Of a stretch of DNA of 64,000 bases, positions 10,268-20,655 are shown piece after piece. The notes below the pieces were generated by a model. It did not search any database, was not told the DNA's origin, and saw only the letters and a list, made by a program, of their open reading frames with translations. The translations under genes and the position numbers were made by a program. This DNA is from Bdellovibrionales bacterium (GTDB lineage Bacteria; Bdellovibrionota; Bdellovibrionia; Bdellovibrionales; DASUEL01): the NCBI GenBank assembly GCA_050250255.1, contig JBFWOZ010000004.1, positions 1-64,000 on the forward strand, given 5' to 3'. Every line of letters begins with the position of its first letter. The stretch's first letter is position 1.

Positions 10268-10568
10268 AGTGACTCATGAACATGAAAATATGGTAGAACT
10301 TATTGAAGCACTGAAAAGCAATAACCTGAAAATATTTGCGACGGTAACAACAAGAGCAGAGTTTTTTGACTTTCATAGACGCTTAATTATGACGGAAGGT
10401 CTATTGGATTTAGTGGAGACACCAGAAGTCTATCAAATCTCTGAAAGGCTTGTAGCCGCTAGTCTTGATTTTGATTTAGGTTACGCCACACTTAGCGACA
10501 AGAATTTAAAAGATATCTTTATGCCTAAAAAACTCAAATCAGAATACCGCTCTTTTCATTTTCCATAA
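10221..10568 (+). pseudogene. Probable truncated PIN-like domain gene
   Basis: IAATYEV...ATVTTRAEF...SLDFD resemble PIN segments, but the N-terminal DTN motif is absent and the protein is short. Confidence 0.4.
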
Positions 10569-11571
10569 TAAGAGAGACTAAGGAGGAAATCCATTTTTCG
10601 TCCACATTTAGACACGGAATAAAGTACAGAGTGCCTTTGTTTTTAGATTCAAAGTCTTGCTTCGCACGGATACCTATCTCTTCCAGAGTTTCCAAACAAT
10701 CTGCCACAAACGAAGGGCAAACCACCGCGATATTTTTAGTGGAGCCTTGAGCTAATTCATCTAAATAGATGTCTGTGTAGGGCTTAATCCATTCGGTACG
10801 GCCCAACCGTGACTGAAAAGTCACTTTATATTGGGAGTCTGAAAGGCCGAGCGCTTGTGCAATTTTCTTTGCTGTATGAAATGACTGCGCACGATAACAA
10901 AAACGATTCACACTCGTGATCTGTTCACAACAATTTGGATCTTGATAGCAGTGAGTCTTAGTTTCACCTAATTTCGTCAAATGCCTTACAGGAAGGCCAT
11001 GAAAACTCATGACGAGCTGGTCAACTTTTGAAAGATCCACCGACTCGCGAATTTTTTGAGCGTAGGCTTGGGTAAACCCCTCATCATCGTAAAAATCATC
11101 GATCCACTTCAAACGAAAAGAGAGGTTTTGTTTTTTCGCCACACGGTCAATTTCATCTTTTGTCGACTGTGTGCTCGAAAGAGCATACTGCGGATAGAGT
11201 GGAACCACCGTTACTTCTTCTATACCTGTCTTTTGGAATTCTATGAGTTTGGATTCCAAAGAAGGTTCGCCATATCTCATGGCAAAGTCCACTTTTTCAA
11301 AACCTTGCACTTTTTCTCTCACCGCGTTTGTTAAATCACTCGTATGAAAAAGAAGAGGGCTACCACGTTTTGTCCAAACTTTTTGGTAAGCCTCTGCTGA
11401 TTTGTGCGCACGCTTCGGTACTATCAAAACATATACAAAAAACCATCTCAGAAACCAGGGAATATCCACGACCTGGGGATCCATCAAAAACTGCTTAAGA
11501 TAAACACCCACTTTTTCTGGAGTCGGTTCACTCGGTGTTCCTAAGTTAACAAGGAGGAGGCCTTTTTTCAC
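10534..11571 (-). CDS. hemH: Ferrochelatase with internal C-X5-CC-X9-C insertion
   Basis: LLVNLGTP, PLYPQY, SFHGLP, FQSRLG, DCLETLEEI. Confidence 0.97.
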   Translation of the reverse strand: MKKGLLLVNLGTPSEPTPEKVGVYLKQFLMDPQVVDIPWFLRWFFVYVLIVPKRAHKSAEAYQKVWTKRGSPLLFHTSDLTNAVREKVQGFEKVDFAMRYGEPSLESKLIEFQKTGIEEVTVVPLYPQYALSSTQSTKDEIDRVAKKQNLSFRLKWIDDFYDDEGFTQAYAQKIRESVDLSKVDQLVMSFHGLPVRHLTKLGETKTHCYQDPNCCEQITSVNRFCYRAQSFHTAKKIAQALGLSDSQYKVTFQSRLGRTEWIKPYTDIYLDELAQGSTKNIAVVCPSFVADCLETLEEIGIRAKQDFESKNKGTLYFIPCLNVDEKWISSLVSLIMENEKSGILI

Positions 11572-12881
11572 ATGAGGTCCACAAAGGCTGCAGGAGTTGG
11601 TGAATGCATTTGATCTGGAAACAAGGGCTGCTTACGTACACGATCGTTTGCGATGTGTGCTACAAGTTCTTTTGAGCGTTCAAGAATTTTGGAGAGTCCT
11701 AGACTGCCTAAGTAATTGCCGTTGAGATAAATGTTTCCAACAACAGGCTGTATTCCAAAACCATAGTTAAAAGAATTCCTTAAAAGATTTTCGAGCTGGA
11801 CGGAGTAATGAGGAATGGCCTTTGGCCAACGAGTGATGACGGAGTCTAAAGGCTCTACTTGTTCACCATGAAGCAACCCATGATCCTGTTTTACCTGACG
11901 AAGAATTTCGGCTTCCGAAAATTCAATAAAACTACGATCGGTGGCACCTCCATAAATCCAGGTCTCAGAATAATATTGAGAGCGTCCGTCAAAAATCTGA
12001 TCATTAAATAGCACGCCTAAAGCGCGAACATTCTGCTGACGGGGAAAAAGGCAGCCAAAACCTTTTTTATATTTTGCTCTCAAATCAAACCAAGTTGTGA
12101 CGGTCACAATAGGCAGAAGATCCACCTGTTTAAGCAAAGGACCAACAGAGGTGTGTGAGAGTAAATCTGCGGCCGCGTCTACCGAAGTTGCAATCACCGT
12201 CGTGACTCCGCTATTTCTGAGCGTGAGAGTCTCTGAATCGATCGTTTGATTTTTTCTGATCCGAACACCACGCTGAATCAGATAGTGTTCTAAGCTTTCA
12301 ACCAATTGTCCCATTCCAGCAGCGGCCGAAACAGTCCCGCGATTTTTCCCTCGGTAAGATTTGATCTGAGGATTAAAAAATCGCCCTAAAATCAAAGTCG
12401 CGCTGAGCTCCTGAGGCTGACCAGCGTAGATTCCTTGAAGCGCAGGTATCAAAAGCTTTTCGGTTGCCGCAAGGCCAATCGTCCTTAATCCCCAATGATG
12501 AATCGTTTCTGTACGTCGGGGCTTCCAGCTCTTTTTGAAAGTGGCGCTCACTTTTGCTAAACGTGCAAAAAAACCCATGCTCTCAAATGGAGAAAGAGGC
12601 CAACGCGAAGTTTTTCCTTTTGTAAAAATATAACGAGCTCGTGAGGATTTGCTCATAGGTAAAAGTTGAAGTTCCAAATCCTTAAAGAGTTGTTCCACTA
12701 ATTCAGAATTTAAAAGTCCATTGGCTGCAGTTTCCACCAGGCCATAAGGAGTTTCTTTTGTCGATATGAGTCCGCCAACACGGGGTTTGGCCTCCAACAC
12801 TTCCACATCAAAACCCATTTGATTGGCAAAGTAAGCCGTCGTCAAACCTGTAAAGCCAGCGCCGATAATTCGAATTCTCAT
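11568..12881 (-). CDS. hemY: FAD-dependent protoporphyrinogen oxidase (HemY type)
   Basis: IIGAGFTGL FAD motif, GIYAG, WPKAIPHY; located in heme operon. Confidence 0.9.
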   Translation of the reverse strand: MRIRIIGAGFTGLTTAYFANQMGFDVEVLEAKPRVGGLISTKETPYGLVETAANGLLNSELVEQLFKDLELQLLPMSKSSRARYIFTKGKTSRWPLSPFESMGFFARLAKVSATFKKSWKPRRTETIHHWGLRTIGLAATEKLLIPALQGIYAGQPQELSATLILGRFFNPQIKSYRGKNRGTVSAAAGMGQLVESLEHYLIQRGVRIRKNQTIDSETLTLRNSGVTTVIATSVDAAADLLSHTSVGPLLKQVDLLPIVTVTTWFDLRAKYKKGFGCLFPRQQNVRALGVLFNDQIFDGRSQYYSETWIYGGATDRSFIEFSEAEILRQVKQDHGLLHGEQVEPLDSVITRWPKAIPHYSVQLENLLRNSFNYGFGIQPVVGNIYLNGNYLGSLGLSKILERSKELVAHIANDRVRKQPLFPDQMHSPTPAAFVDLM

Positions 12882-12888
12882 TCATTCC

Positions 12889-14238
12889 TCATAGCGATTG
12901 TGAAAACACCTTTGTGTTAGGTTGTTTTGAACGAAGTCTTTTATCAAATACGACACAGACGTTTCTTAAAAAAGGTTTTCCTTGTTCCGTCAAAGAAAGA
13001 CGGTTCCCGATAATCTTCACCAGGCCATCATGCACTAAGCTTTCTAAAAAAGTTTGTGCATCCTGTTTATCCTGTTCTGTTTCTAACTCCACCGAATAAG
13101 ACGTGATTAGTTTCAAAATCAATTCACGATATTTTCGATCTTCAAGAGAGAGTAAGTGTCCCCGGAAAGAAGGAAGTTTGTTTTCCTGAAGGGCCTTTTC
13201 GTAAACCGGCAAAACCTTTTCGTTTTGGTGAAAACATGTTGGTGCTTCGGAAATGGCGCTCACACCTAATCCCAAAAGAACATCTGTTCTCATCTCTGTG
13301 TAGCCCATAAAGTTACGGTGAAGCTTACCACTACGACTCGCCATTGCGAGCGCGTCTGTCGATAGGGCAAAATGATCCATACCAATTTCTACATAACCCG
13401 CCTGCGTGAGCAGCTCACGGCAAAGCTCATAGAGTTCGCGCTTCGCGGCACCCCTTGGAAGATCTTCGTCTTTAAATAATCTTTGAGCTGGTTTAATCCA
13501 CGGCACCAGCGCAAAACTATAAAGAGCAATACGATCTGGACGTAACTCAATCGTGAGTTCCGCCGTTTTTTTCATGCTTTCTAAAGTTTGTTTAGGAAGC
13601 CCGTAAATCAAATCAAAATTCACAGAAGTGTATCCCAATTCTCGCGAACCCTTCGTGAGTGATTCCGTGATCTCATAAGGCTGCACCCGATTCACAAGTC
13701 TTTGCACTTCTGGATCAAAATCTTGAACACCCATACTCACACGAGAAAACCCATATTTCTGAAGCGCTTTCAATTGATCAAGAGTTGTGCGACGAGGATC
13801 CACTTCAATGGACCCATCAAAATGTTCTTCATCAACGCGAACCGCATCCATAATGGGATCCATAAGTCGCTCAAGGTTTGCGGCCGAGAGAAATGTGGGT
13901 GTGCCTCCCCCTAAGTGGATTTGCCTGAGGGGTCGTTGAAAAAGCTCCGGCACACGCTCTTGATAAAGTTGAAACTCTTGTTGAATCGATTTCACGTAAG
14001 GAACTTCGCGGTCGTGATCTTTTGTAATCACCGTATTGCAACCACAAAAGGTACAAAGAGTTTCACAAAATGGAAGATGTAAATACATCGACCAACTCAT
14101 ATTAGGTTGGGCGGCGGCATCACTCAACTCTTTAAGCCATTGATCCACCGTAGGAGAATCCGACCAATAAGGAACCGTCGGGTAACTCGTATACCGAGGG
14201 ACCGGAATATCGTATTTTTCAAAAAGGTTCTTTTTCAC
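12889..14238 (-). CDS. hemN: Oxygen-independent coproporphyrinogen III oxidase
   Basis: PRYTSYPT, HLPFCETLCTFCGC, GGGTPT, LHRNFMGY. Confidence 0.97.
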   Translation of the reverse strand: MKKNLFEKYDIPVPRYTSYPTVPYWSDSPTVDQWLKELSDAAAQPNMSWSMYLHLPFCETLCTFCGCNTVITKDHDREVPYVKSIQQEFQLYQERVPELFQRPLRQIHLGGGTPTFLSAANLERLMDPIMDAVRVDEEHFDGSIEVDPRRTTLDQLKALQKYGFSRVSMGVQDFDPEVQRLVNRVQPYEITESLTKGSRELGYTSVNFDLIYGLPKQTLESMKKTAELTIELRPDRIALYSFALVPWIKPAQRLFKDEDLPRGAAKRELYELCRELLTQAGYVEIGMDHFALSTDALAMASRSGKLHRNFMGYTEMRTDVLLGLGVSAISEAPTCFHQNEKVLPVYEKALQENKLPSFRGHLLSLEDRKYRELILKLITSYSVELETEQDKQDAQTFLESLVHDGLVKIIGNRLSLTEQGKPFLRNVCVVFDKRLRSKQPNTKVFSQSL

Positions 14239-15281
14239 GAAAATACCTCACGAACGGTTTTTACAAACGTACGTACGTTTTCTTCGGGAGTTTTTGGAAG
14301 GACGCCATGGCCTAAGCCCGACACCCATCCCGCTCTTTCGCTCTCGGATAACTTTTGGAATGGCTCTAAATACTTCATCAATTGAGTTTTGAATTCCTGA
14401 GGTGGTAAAAAAAGAAGAGATTGATCAAAGTTTCCTTGAACAAAACCTTTTGGAGAAACTTGGTTTTTCTTTTTCAAAAAATACGCAAGATCAAAACGGT
14501 GATCAAAACCCATTCCTATCCAGAGAGAAGAAAAATCAGTATTCCATTCGCCCTGACGAGAAAAGTGGCTCGTGGTTGTGCCCTTAGAATAATAACCGAG
14601 TTTACCTGGAGCGGATCGAGCGATTTTTTCTAATTGAGGCTGGATGTAATTTTGAAAGATCATCGGAGAGACTTCTCCAGCTGCCGTATCAAAAACCATT
14701 ACGGCTTCTGCACCACCCTGCAATTGTAGTTGAATGTTCTCCATCAAGAGTGGGGTCATCACTTCACAAAATGAATTGAAAAGAGATAGATGTGATTTTG
14801 CTTGAGTGAGCGAACCGGCATGACCACCCTCCATCGCGTAAACAAAGAGAGTCCATGGCCCACCCACAAAACCGATCAGACTTTTGTCTGAAGGAAGTTT
14901 TTTTCTTGTGAGCGCCACCGCCTCTTTTTGAAACTCCAAACCTTTAAGAGCTTCCGCAGGAGTTTTAAGATTACGAATATTTTCTGGAGTTAAATGCCAT
15001 CCCAATCGTGGTCCTTGATCGGTGTATTCCAAACCCATTCCCAATGTCTCTAAAGGGAAAAGCAAATCGCTAAAGAGAATCGACACATCAAAATCAAAAT
15101 CTTCCACCGGCCCTAAAGCCACCTCTGTTGCAAGTTCAGGAACCTTACAGAGATCCATAAAAGAATGTTTCGCACGCAAAGCTTGATAGTGTTTATGGTA
15201 TCGGCCAGCTTGTCTCATGAACCAAATAGGTGGTGTTTTCTGCGGAACTCCACGAATGGCATTTTGAAATTTTTGATTCAT
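14235..15281 (-). CDS. hemE: Uroporphyrinogen decarboxylase
   Basis: PIWFMRQAGRY, ILFSD, GLGHGVLP; start set at ATG 15281 behind AAGGAGG. Confidence 0.97.
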   Translation of the reverse strand: MNQKFQNAIRGVPQKTPPIWFMRQAGRYHKHYQALRAKHSFMDLCKVPELATEVALGPVEDFDFDVSILFSDLLFPLETLGMGLEYTDQGPRLGWHLTPENIRNLKTPAEALKGLEFQKEAVALTRKKLPSDKSLIGFVGGPWTLFVYAMEGGHAGSLTQAKSHLSLFNSFCEVMTPLLMENIQLQLQGGAEAVMVFDTAAGEVSPMIFQNYIQPQLEKIARSAPGKLGYYSKGTTTSHFSRQGEWNTDFSSLWIGMGFDHRFDLAYFLKKKNQVSPKGFVQGNFDQSLLFLPPQEFKTQLMKYLEPFQKLSESERAGWVSGLGHGVLPKTPEENVRTFVKTVREVFS

Positions 15282-15282
15282 C

Positions 15283-15954
15283 TCATCCTCCTTTAACCGA
15301 TAGCCACTGGTAGCCAACGCCACGAATCGACTTGATCGACTCCCCGTCCACTTCACCCAAAGCTTGTCGTAATCTCACGATTGAATTATCCACGGTTCTT
15401 TCTGACGGAAATTGATCTTCACCCCATAGGGAATTTAAAATTTCCTCACGACTCACCACCTGGGGTGTTCGCTCAATCAGTAATTTTAGTAATTGGAAGT
15501 CACGACTATTCAACATCATGCGCGTTCCGTTTTTATGCAGTACCATCATGCTACGAAGATCGATGGAGCACTCTTTTCCTTCTACCAGGCGAACCGCGTG
15601 GTTGCTTAGGACATGCTGAACGCGCATCAAAAACTCTTTTAAATGGAAAGGTTTAGGAATGTATTCTTCCGCACCTAATTCATAACCTTGCAATCGATAT
15701 TCCGCCGTACTCATCGCGGTCACAAAAATAAATGGCACTGCACTTTTTGATTTTATGGCTGTGGCGATCTGAAATCCTGATCCATCAGGGAGCCCCACAT
15801 CTAAAATAATTAGGTCAGGATCTTCACGATCAAAATTCTCTAAGGCTTCACGCTGAGTTTTCGCCCAAAAAACATGATGACCTTCCTTTTGCAAACGTTC
15901 TTGCAAAGTGGCTCCGAGAGAATTGTCGTCTTCGACGAGGAGTAACCGACTCAT
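15283..15954 (-). CDS. OmpR/PhoB-family response regulator
   Basis: LLVEDD, ILDVGLPDGSG, KPF; winged-helix RTVDNSIVRLR...IRGVGY. Confidence 0.95.
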   Translation of the reverse strand: MSRLLLVEDDNSLGATLQERLQKEGHHVFWAKTQREALENFDREDPDLIILDVGLPDGSGFQIATAIKSKSAVPFIFVTAMSTAEYRLQGYELGAEEYIPKPFHLKEFLMRVQHVLSNHAVRLVEGKECSIDLRSMMVLHKNGTRMMLNSRDFQLLKLLIERTPQVVSREEILNSLWGEDQFPSERTVDNSIVRLRQALGEVDGESIKSIRGVGYQWLSVKGG

Positions 15955-16853
15955 ACGGAACGGCTCCTTAAGTGGACCGTCGCTCCGAAACCTTTTTGCG
16001 ACGTTGATGCAAAATCAATAGAGCCCTTCATTTTCTGAGTGAGCTCACGGGCAAGATAAAGCCCTACTCCCGAACCGCTTCTGGAATTGTGTCTGACAAA
16101 CATTTGACCAAGTTTTTTTATATCACCCTGAAAACCCTTGCCATCATCTTCGAACACAACGCTGACGTTATTATTTGAATTTTGTTTCGCACGTATACGC
16201 AAGTTTTTAGCCTGCCCATGTATGATCGCATTCTGAATCATATTTTTAAAAACACTCTCCAGCGCTCTTTGATCGGCCATGACTCGCGCATCACCTTCTA
16301 AAACGATTTGAATTTCGGGCCACTGTAATCGAAGTCCCTCTACCAATCGACTGAGAGAGATTTCTTCTAAAAATAATTGATTGGACTCCACATTTGCTAA
16401 GAAGAGGGAGTTTTCGAGTTGCAACTCCAAACGGACCGAATCTTTTAACAGTCGCTCGAGAAGTCGTTTTTGCGAACTATCTTGAAACTCTTTAACATCC
16501 TCTTGCAGACTTTCGGCTTGGAGCCTGAGGCTTGCAAGAGAAGTTTTCAAATCATGAGTGAAGGCCGCAAAAAACTCTTTCACTTCACGATATCTTTTGT
16601 TTTCGCGGTAAATAAAATAAATCAGTGAAGCCCCGCCCACCGCAAGGAGAAGAATCAAGCTGCCGCCCTCCCACATGAGCATGCGATGCTTTCGCGCAAG
16701 CTCCTCACTCAAATTGGTTTGCAAAAGCTGAAGCTGCTGGAGCTCGCCTGTGACAAACCAAACCCACCAAGTCGCCAAAGAAAGACTAAAGAGCAGCCAA
16801 ATGGCCGCAACAATGATCTTCCAGGACGGGTTTTGAGTTTTAGCTCCAGCCAT
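15951..16853 (-). CDS. Membrane sensor histidine kinase
   Basis: Two TM helices, H-box THDLKT, N-box NAIIHG, DDGKG, GSGVGL. Confidence 0.95.
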   Translation of the reverse strand: MAGAKTQNPSWKIIVAAIWLLFSLSLATWWVWFVTGELQQLQLLQTNLSEELARKHRMLMWEGGSLILLLAVGGASLIYFIYRENKRYREVKEFFAAFTHDLKTSLASLRLQAESLQEDVKEFQDSSQKRLLERLLKDSVRLELQLENSLFLANVESNQLFLEEISLSRLVEGLRLQWPEIQIVLEGDARVMADQRALESVFKNMIQNAIIHGQAKNLRIRAKQNSNNNVSVVFEDDGKGFQGDIKKLGQMFVRHNSRSGSGVGLYLARELTQKMKGSIDFASTSQKGFGATVHLRSRSV

Positions 16854-18136
16854 TAAAATACACTTTCCAAAGCATCAGAAAAAATATCAATCGTTTTTTG
16901 TACAACGTCGTCTGTATGAGCTGCCGAAACAAATCCTACTTCATAACCGCTTGGGGCTAAATAAAGACCCCGCTCTAAGCAGGCGTGAAATAATTTTTTA
17001 AAGTTGGCCACGTGGTCCGCAGGAATGTCCTTGAGAGAACGAATGGGCTTGTCGGTCCAGCCACGAATCCAAAACACCGATTGGTAGTGATCCACTTTGA
17101 ATGGAACATCTTTCTTTTGAAAGACTTGATTCAAGACGTTTGTTAATTTCTCGGTCGTGCGTTCTAACGTTTGATAAACTTTTTCTTTTTCAATTTTCTT
17201 TAAAGTTGCAAGGCCCGCAACCATGCCGATGGGATTCGCACTCAGAGTACCCGCCTGGTAAACTCCACCACTTGGAGCTACAAGGTCCATGAGATCTTGG
17301 CGCCCACCATAAGCCGCGACATTAAATCCACCACCTAAAACTTTTCCGTAAGTGACAAGATCTGGTTTTACATTCAACTTTTCGGCCATACCACCAAGAG
17401 CGACCCGAAAACCAGAAATCACTTCGTCAAAGATCACGAGTGCGCCATGTTTATGAGCCATCTCAAAAATGTATTTCACAAATTCTGGACGCTGAACTAG
17501 CAAACCGTAGTTTGCAGGAAGCGGCTCCAAAATCACTGCGGCAATATCAGATCCGTGCGTCTTAAAGATTTTTTCAAGACTTGATTCATCATCTAAATTT
17601 GCTACGAGAGTTTCACTGGCTGCTTGTGCACCGACGCCAAGACTATCGCTTGACGCCTCACCAGCTAGTCCACTGCCTGATTTTACAAGCATCGAATCCA
17701 CATGGCCGTGATAACAGCCATCAAATTTCAAAATTTTAGAACGTTTGGTCGCCGCACGCGCGACACGAAGAGCACTCATTACGGCTTCCGTACCGGAATT
17801 CACAAACCGAATTTTTTCAATCCAAGACAAACGCGAAGTAACCCACTCCGCAAGCTCGAGGGAGTAAGGTTCGCAAGTTCCCAAACACCAAGCGGTGTCC
17901 ACCATATTTTGCACCGCTTTTTTCACATCAGGATCACGGTGGCCCAAAAGCATCGGACCAAAACTTTGGCAGTAGTCGATGTAACGTTTGCCTTCGACAC
18001 TTGTGAGATAGGCACCTTCTGATTTTTCAAAAAAGAGAGGGGTTCCACCAACACTTTTAAAAGCGCGCACCGGAGAATGAACTCCACCCGGAGCAATTTT
18101 GAGAGATCGTTGAAACAGTTCTTCTGAGGATGTCAT
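16853..18136 (-). CDS. hemL: Glutamate-1-semialdehyde 2,1-aminomutase
   Basis: [40 protein letters not shown]; start set at 18136. Confidence 0.97.
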   Translation of the reverse strand: MTSSEELFQRSLKIAPGGVHSPVRAFKSVGGTPLFFEKSEGAYLTSVEGKRYIDYCQSFGPMLLGHRDPDVKKAVQNMVDTAWCLGTCEPYSLELAEWVTSRLSWIEKIRFVNSGTEAVMSALRVARAATKRSKILKFDGCYHGHVDSMLVKSGSGLAGEASSDSLGVGAQAASETLVANLDDESSLEKIFKTHGSDIAAVILEPLPANYGLLVQRPEFVKYIFEMAHKHGALVIFDEVISGFRVALGGMAEKLNVKPDLVTYGKVLGGGFNVAAYGGRQDLMDLVAPSGGVYQAGTLSANPIGMVAGLATLKKIEKEKVYQTLERTTEKLTNVLNQVFQKKDVPFKVDHYQSVFWIRGWTDKPIRSLKDIPADHVANFKKLFHACLERGLYLAPSGYEVGFVSAAHTDDVVQKTIDIFSDALESVF

Positions 18137-18164
18137 GAATAAAACCTTTCTAACCAAAACTAAC

Positions 18165-19148
18165 TTACTGGCCTTGAGAAAGGCCAAGCTTACGGCCATA
18201 ACGAGCGCCGTACGTAATAATATATTGAGTACCGGCACGTTTGAACACTTGCCACGTTTCGAGGAGTCCCTTTTCGAATTGAATGAGACCTTTTTCTGCA
18301 AGTAAGGTCAGCGCCGCATATTCACCGCTGACTTGATAAGCACCAACTTGTTTTCCCGTTTGCTGACGAATTGGCTCAATCAAATCGATTGCCGTCATGC
18401 CAGGCTTCACCATTAAAAGATCGGCACCTTCGTTCGCACAACGAATACTCGCCTGAAGTGCATCGTTTTTATTTCTCACATCGATTTGGTAATGTTTGCG
18501 ATCACCCTTTTGAGGCGAAGAATCTGCGGCCACCCGGAAGGGTCCATAAAAATTGCTCGCAAACTTCGTGCTGTAACTCATAATCGGCACGATCGAACGA
18601 CCAGCTTCATCAAGTGCTTGTCGAATGTGCTTCACACGTCCATCCATCATGTCACTCGGGCTAATACCATCGGCCCCTGCATCAGCATAAGAGCGGGCTA
18701 AAGATGAAATCTCTGAAAGAGTTTTTTCGAGATCGATGCCATCGTTATTCACAACCCCGCAATGTCCATGAGTGGTATAAGAACAAAGACAAGTATCCAC
18801 CCAAAGAAAAATCTGATCGCCAAATTCTTTTTTAATTTTATGAATCACTTGATTCGAAAAATCGTGTGAAAAACCCTGAAGTGCTTTTTTGGAAGGAACA
18901 TGGAACAAAATAAATTGTTTTGTCCCCATTTCCAGATCTTTTTCCACGCGCTTCAAAACGGTTTCCATGGAATTTCTTTTGGTTTCACCGAGCCCTGGAA
19001 TGTCCTGATCTGATTTTAAATCTTCCACGACAAAAAGAGGCTGAATCAATTGATCACAATTGAATTCCGTTTCTGCGCAAAGATTACGGAGGTGACTATT
19101 TTGACGAAGTCGCATCAGGCGATTTTCAATCAGTCGCGTATTATTCAT
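18165..19148 (-). CDS. hemB: Porphobilinogen synthase (Zn type)
   Basis: [38 protein letters not shown]. Confidence 0.97.
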   Translation of the reverse strand: MNNTRLIENRLMRLRQNSHLRNLCAETEFNCDQLIQPLFVVEDLKSDQDIPGLGETKRNSMETVLKRVEKDLEMGTKQFILFHVPSKKALQGFSHDFSNQVIHKIKKEFGDQIFLWVDTCLCSYTTHGHCGVVNNDGIDLEKTLSEISSLARSYADAGADGISPSDMMDGRVKHIRQALDEAGRSIVPIMSYSTKFASNFYGPFRVAADSSPQKGDRKHYQIDVRNKNDALQASIRCANEGADLLMVKPGMTAIDLIEPIRQQTGKQVGAYQVSGEYAALTLLAEKGLIQFEKGLLETWQVFKRAGTQYIITYGARYGRKLGLSQGQ

Positions 19149-20655
19149 AGGCTTCTCCCGTTAGAGCTTCGTACCACTCTCTCTGGCTCAAGAAAACATC
19201 AATTTGTGCCTGTGGAAGAAGCTCTTTCAATTGGCGATATGTGTTGCCTGGTCCGCAGGCATGATTCAATGAAGCGATATGTGGATTCAGACTTAAAGCG
19301 CGTTTAAATGCAGAGCCGCTCATCCAGTAAAAATATTTTTTGTTTTCTAATCGAGGAGGTCGCAGGGATTCTTTTAAACGGTAGGTACCAAACACCTTTT
19401 TCGAGGAAGAATCCTCCCCAGCTGCGTCATCATGGGTGAGTTTGCACCACTGGAGCTTCGGAGCTAAAGCTTCAAGACCCATAGCCTCTTGCTCTCCTAG
19501 GCCGTCGGCGGTTCCGTTCACCCACACACCTCGCTCCGCCAGTTTCGCCCAGGTTTCTACTCCCGAAGTCCATACCGGCTGATCAAAAGAAACGGCCCAC
19601 TCGCGAGGCAAAGCTTGAGTTCGGGCTACCCACAATCCGCAGCCAAAGGTTTCTTTTTGCGAAGTATCTACAGCCTCGCGCTCAAACCACTGAGATTTTT
19701 CTTGAGGACTTGGCCAACATTCAGAGGCAGGGATTTTTTTTAATTCTCTTTGCTCTAAGCCGTAATTTTTTAAAACAATACCTGCATCCGTCAATCCACG
19801 AAGAGAAAGCACACTGCCGTAAGATTTATGGCTCACACTCACGCCGATTTTTTGATGGCAACCACCTCCATAAGAACTCAAAATCTGGCGTTCTTTTTCG
19901 ACATCCGAAAAATTCGAAGCTTGATGAATGGGCTTTAAAAGATTTCTCACATCATCTCGAGTCGAATGAATCTCAAGCGCGAGAGCTCCTTGTGCGGCGG
20001 CTGTGGGATTTTGTGAAAGTGGCAAAACCATCCAGTAACATTCAGAAAGTCTTTTTTGAAGCTGGTGTCGTGTTTGTGCGAATTCTTCCCGCTCAGTAGT
20101 AAGAAGGCGATCCAGCGCCGCCTTCGCCAAAACAAGCCCCGCCACATCTTCACTCGAAAAAAGTTTTTCAACGCGAGTTTGTACATTCCCCCGCACCGGC
20201 AAAAACTGTACTTTCTCAAGAGGTGTTGGGAGATGTTTTTTAAGAAAGGGTGTCAGGTTATATTCCCGTCGGGGGGAAGATGAATACACGCGAAAATGCC
20301 GGTACTTCGCCACTTCTTCCCAGAGATCTTTTCGTACTAACAGCAGATCACGACTGTCCGCTCGCGCAAGAGTTGCCGCGATCTCGGTATCAGGATGTTT
20401 TTCAATTGGCAGATCTTTCCACGAATGAACAACCAAATCACATTTGTCCTCTAAAAGATCTTTGAGGAAGTCTTGCGTGAAAACACCCTTCTCGGGCATT
20501 TTCCAGAGAGGATCCGTAAGATTGATATCTCCAAGCGAAGCGCGGAATTGATATTCGATTTCTAAACCGGGATGAGCTTTCTGTAAGGCGTCGCCGACCA
20601 TGTAAGCTTGGAGTCTCGCGAGATCACTTTTACGGGAGGCAATCTTTAGGCGCAT
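19141..20655 (-). CDS. hemC: Hydroxymethylbilane synthase fused to a C-terminal HemD-like domain
   Basis: SRKSDLA, KGVFT, VHSWKD, RGNVQTR, GGGC; extra ~200 aa with WMSGSAF and ACGPGNT. Confidence 0.9.
   Translation of the reverse strand: MRLKIASRKSDLARLQAYMVGDALQKAHPGLEIEYQFRASLGDINLTDPLWKMPEKGVFTQDFLKDLLEDKCDLVVHSWKDLPIEKHPDTEIAATLARADSRDLLLVRKDLWEEVAKYRHFRVYSSSPRREYNLTPFLKKHLPTPLEKVQFLPVRGNVQTRVEKLFSSEDVAGLVLAKAALDRLLTTEREEFAQTRHQLQKRLSECYWMVLPLSQNPTAAAQGALALEIHSTRDDVRNLLKPIHQASNFSDVEKERQILSSYGGGCHQKIGVSVSHKSYGSVLSLRGLTDAGIVLKNYGLEQRELKKIPASECWPSPQEKSQWFEREAVDTSQKETFGCGLWVARTQALPREWAVSFDQPVWTSGVETWAKLAERGVWVNGTADGLGEQEAMGLEALAPKLQWCKLTHDDAAGEDSSSKKVFGTYRLKESLRPPRLENKKYFYWMSGSAFKRALSLNPHIASLNHACGPGNTYRQLKELLPQAQIDVFLSQREWYEALTGEAYE

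Noticed and set aside
18137..18301. Long N-terminal extension of HemL (similarly hemE, xth, CDF, ycdF-like and DUF4423 ORFs)
   Set aside because: Artefact of longest-ORF calling; downstream starts fit homology and RBS better.
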